From Thermomicrobiales bacterium (GTDB lineage: Bacteria > Chloroflexota > Chloroflexia > Thermomicrobiales > CFX8), in contig JAWKPC010000002.1 of NCBI GenBank assembly GCA_041390865.1, positions 68,031 through 132,030 of the forward strand: a stretch of DNA of 64,000 nt, in the 5' to 3' direction. The position numbers and the translations under genes were made by a program. Shown piece by piece: positions 62,294 through 64,000 of this stretch. Each line of letters begins with the position of its first letter. Within the stretch, counting starts at the first letter, position 1. The notes under the pieces are model-generated. The model worked only from the letters and a program-made list of their open reading frames with translations, did not search any database and was not told the origin of the DNA.

Positions 62294-63145
62294 ATGAGGG
62301 AACGTCGTCGCATGCATTCCGCGAGCGAACAATCGATGATCGCCGGCCACGAACGGCCCCGGCGGCCGAAGCGGCGGAGATTGCTGTTCCTCGTCCTGGC
62401 CGCGCTGGCGATGAGCTTGACGCTGAGCGCATGTGGCGGCGAGGCACAGGTCGGTTCGACCGAAATCTCGATCAGCGCGGACGGGGAGCAGACGCAAACG
62501 GCCTCGACACCGGGTCAACAGTTCAGTTCCGGTCTCGAGCTTGTCCTGCTTTTGACGATCATCACCCTCGTTCCAACCCTGCTGCTGATGATGACCGCCT
62601 TTACGCGGATCATCATCGTGCTCGGGTTCATCCGGACGGCGCTGGGCGTCCCCCAGCTGCCGCCGAACCAGGTGCTGCTCGGCCTGGCGTTGTTCATGAC
62701 GATCTTCATCATGGCCCCCGTCTGGACCGAGATCAACGAGGAAGCGATACAACCGCTCCAATCCGGTGAGATCACCCAGCGGGAAGCGCTCGACCGTGGG
62801 GCCGACCCGCTTCGCGAGTTCATGTTCGAGCAGACGCGCGAACGCGATATCGCCTTGTTCATGCAAATGGGTCAACTTGACCGTCCCAATTCCGAAGCCG
62901 ACGTACCGACCTGGGTGCTGATTCCGGCGTATGTCATCAGCGAGCTGAAGACGGCGTTCCAGATGGGGTTTCTGATCTTCATTCCCTTCCTGATCATCGA
63001 CCTGATCGTCAGCAGCACGCTGATGTCGATGGGGATGATGATGTTGCCGCCGGTCATTGTGTCGCTGCCTTTCAAAATCCTTCTCTTTGTAATGGTCGAC
63101 GGATGGGACCTGATAGTTAAGTCCCTGGTCACGAGCTTTGGCTGA
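62294..63145 (+). CDS. fliP: Flagellar export apparatus protein FliP
   Basis: LLLTIITLVPTLLLMMTAFTRIIIVLGFIRTALG...PPNQVL..LALFMT.F.M.PV...FLIFIPFLIIDL. The start codon is uncertain. Confidence 0.9.
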   Translation: MRERRRMHSASEQSMIAGHERPRRPKRRRLLFLVLAALAMSLTLSACGGEAQVGSTEISISADGEQTQTASTPGQQFSSGLELVLLLTIITLVPTLLLMMTAFTRIIIVLGFIRTALGVPQLPPNQVLLGLALFMTIFIMAPVWTEINEEAIQPLQSGEITQREALDRGADPLREFMFEQTRERDIALFMQMGQLDRPNSEADVPTWVLIPAYVISELKTAFQMGFLIFIPFLIIDLIVSSTLMSMGMMMLPPVIVSLPFKILLFVMVDGWDLIVKSLVTSFG

Positions 63146-63168
63146 CCTGGCCTGGAGGATGGTGCTAA

Positions 63169-63438
63169 ATGAATGAATTGACGCTGCTTGAAGTCACCAG
63201 AGAGGCGATTACGACGCTGTTGATCGTGTCTGCACCGCTTCTGGGGGCGGCACTTGTCGTCGGGCTAATTATTAGCCTCGTCCAGGCTGTTACCCAGATC
63301 AACGAGGCCACGCTGTCGTTCGCGCCGAAGATCATCGCGATCTTCATCGCCGTCCTCGTCTTCGGCCCCTGGATGGGCAACCGATTGCTGCTCTTCACCG
63401 TCGAGATTTTCGAGATGCTGCCGGAAATGGCGAGATAG
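63169..63438 (+). CDS. fliQ: Flagellar export apparatus protein FliQ
   Basis: 89 aa with two TM helices (LLIVSAPLLGAALVVGLIISLVQAVTQINE.TLSF.PKI). GGAGGA lies upstream. Confidence 0.9.
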   Translation: MNELTLLEVTREAITTLLIVSAPLLGAALVVGLIISLVQAVTQINEATLSFAPKIIAIFIAVLVFGPWMGNRLLLFTVEIFEMLPEMAR

Positions 63439-64000
63439 TTGCTGGTATCCGCCGACGAAGTCTATTTCCTCGGTTTCGCGCTGGTTGCGGCCCGCGTGGG
63501 CTCCGCGATTATTGTCATGCCCTTCTTCGGCGCTAGCCAGGTCCCGGCCCAGATCAAGATCGCGCTGATCATCATCCTGTCCGTCGTGATGACGCCCGCC
63601 AATGCCGGCGCGGATCTCCTCACTGCCGGCGAGTGGTTTCCGCTGATGATCCTCCGCGAGATCCTGGTTGGGCTCCTGCTGGGCTTCTCGGTATCGCTGG
63701 TCTTCTCAGCCCTGACCGTCGCCGCGAATCTGATCAGCGTCCAGATGGGGCTGAATCTACAGGCCCTGCTGAACCCGTTGTCTGCATTCCAGGCCGATCA
63801 GGAAAACGCGCTTTCCGTCTTCTATGGCCTGCTCGCGACGGTGATCTTTCTGACGGTCAACGGCCATCACCAGCTCTTGCTCGGTATCCAGGCGACGTTC
63901 GACCTCGTTCCGCTCAACTCGTTCACCTTCGAATCGAGCAACTCGAGCGTGCTGGCCGCGCTGACGACGACGATGATCGTCAGCGCTTTCCAGATCGCGT
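63439..64000 (+). CDS. fliR: Flagellar export apparatus protein FliR, 3'-partial (runs off the window)
   Basis: My translation from TTG 63439 gives LLVSADEVYFLGFALVAARVGSAIIVMPFFGASQVPAQIKIAL...EILVGLLLGFSVSLVFSAL..AANLISVQMGL. The frame is open to nt 64000 and is not in the ORF track. Confidence 0.8.
   Translation, partial: MLVSADEVYFLGFALVAARVGSAIIVMPFFGASQVPAQIKIALIIILSVVMTPANAGADLLTAGEWFPLMILREILVGLLLGFSVSLVFSALTVAANLISVQMGLNLQALLNPLSAFQADQENALSVFYGLLATVIFLTVNGHHQLLLGIQATFDLVPLNSFTFESSNSSVLAALTTTMIVSAFQIA

Noticed and set aside
62036-62875. 279-aa minus-strand ORF spanning the flbD/fliP intergenic region and the fliP 5' half.
   Set aside because: It is a His/Arg/Gln/Asp-rich antisense shadow of fliP and crosses a divergent promoter region.
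1-64000. Looked for tRNA, rRNA, riboswitch-like leaders, transposase or integrase genes, prophage genes, toxin-antitoxin pairs and recognisable defence systems.
   Set aside because: I could support none from the sequence by eye. Structured RNAs in particular cannot be excluded without covariance-model searches such as Infernal/Rfam or tRNAscan-SE.

Overview
This is a visibly GC-rich bacterial window, densely coded on both strands. I saw no rRNA, tRNA, CRISPR array, transposase or integrase. All calls come from reading motifs in the supplied translations and the DNA; no searches were run.

Layout:
- 2-8164: a signalling block with a TrxR-like flavoprotein, a cNMP-binding histidine kinase, a STAND-type class III cyclase and a PAS-GGDEF protein.
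- 8161-14022: a fused CydDC-like ABC exporter and an orphan TadG-like repeat protein.
- 14.2-29 kb: mixed metabolic and accessory genes, including a DAO-family gene split by a frameshift, MFS, YciI, a cysteine-dioxygenase-like cupin, GlgP, LLM oxidoreductase, M20 and M42 peptidases, a class V aminotransferase, PPOX and YnfA.
- 29.3-33 kb: an EfeO-like/FTR1 iron-uptake pair.
- 34.9-41.7 kb: two tandem ~1050-aa BNR/Asp-box paralogs separated by a DUF559 pseudogene and palindromic repeats.
- 42.4-45.9 kb: a 2-oxoacid dehydrogenase E1alpha/E1beta/E2 operon.
- 48.8-64 kb: a chemotaxis plus flagellar supercluster (cheW, cheA-C-D-Y-B-R, HDOD, cheX; flbD-motAB-fliL-fliN'-fliO-fliM-fliN; fliPQR running off the right edge).

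The gene content resembles Thermomicrobia-type Chloroflexota, possibly an accessory replicon. That is inference only.

Most unusual locus: a 790-bp lower-GC gap at 47.3-48.1 kb holds three tandem Shine-Dalgarno-preceded small ORFs of 33-34 codons. They encode related Arg/Gln-rich peptides. A stand-alone MalT-type STAND nucleotide-binding fragment with both Walker motifs destroyed follows them, directly at the edge of the che/fla cluster.

Other notable items:
- a 246-bp MITE-like element with perfect 18-bp terminal inverted repeats;
- three families of GC-rich palindromic repeats;
- four apparently disrupted genes;
- a CheA with a tandemly duplicated P2-like domain;
- a FliN with a duplicated acidic DEDEITLDEL motif;
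- perfect palindromes in the divergent flbD/fliP control region.
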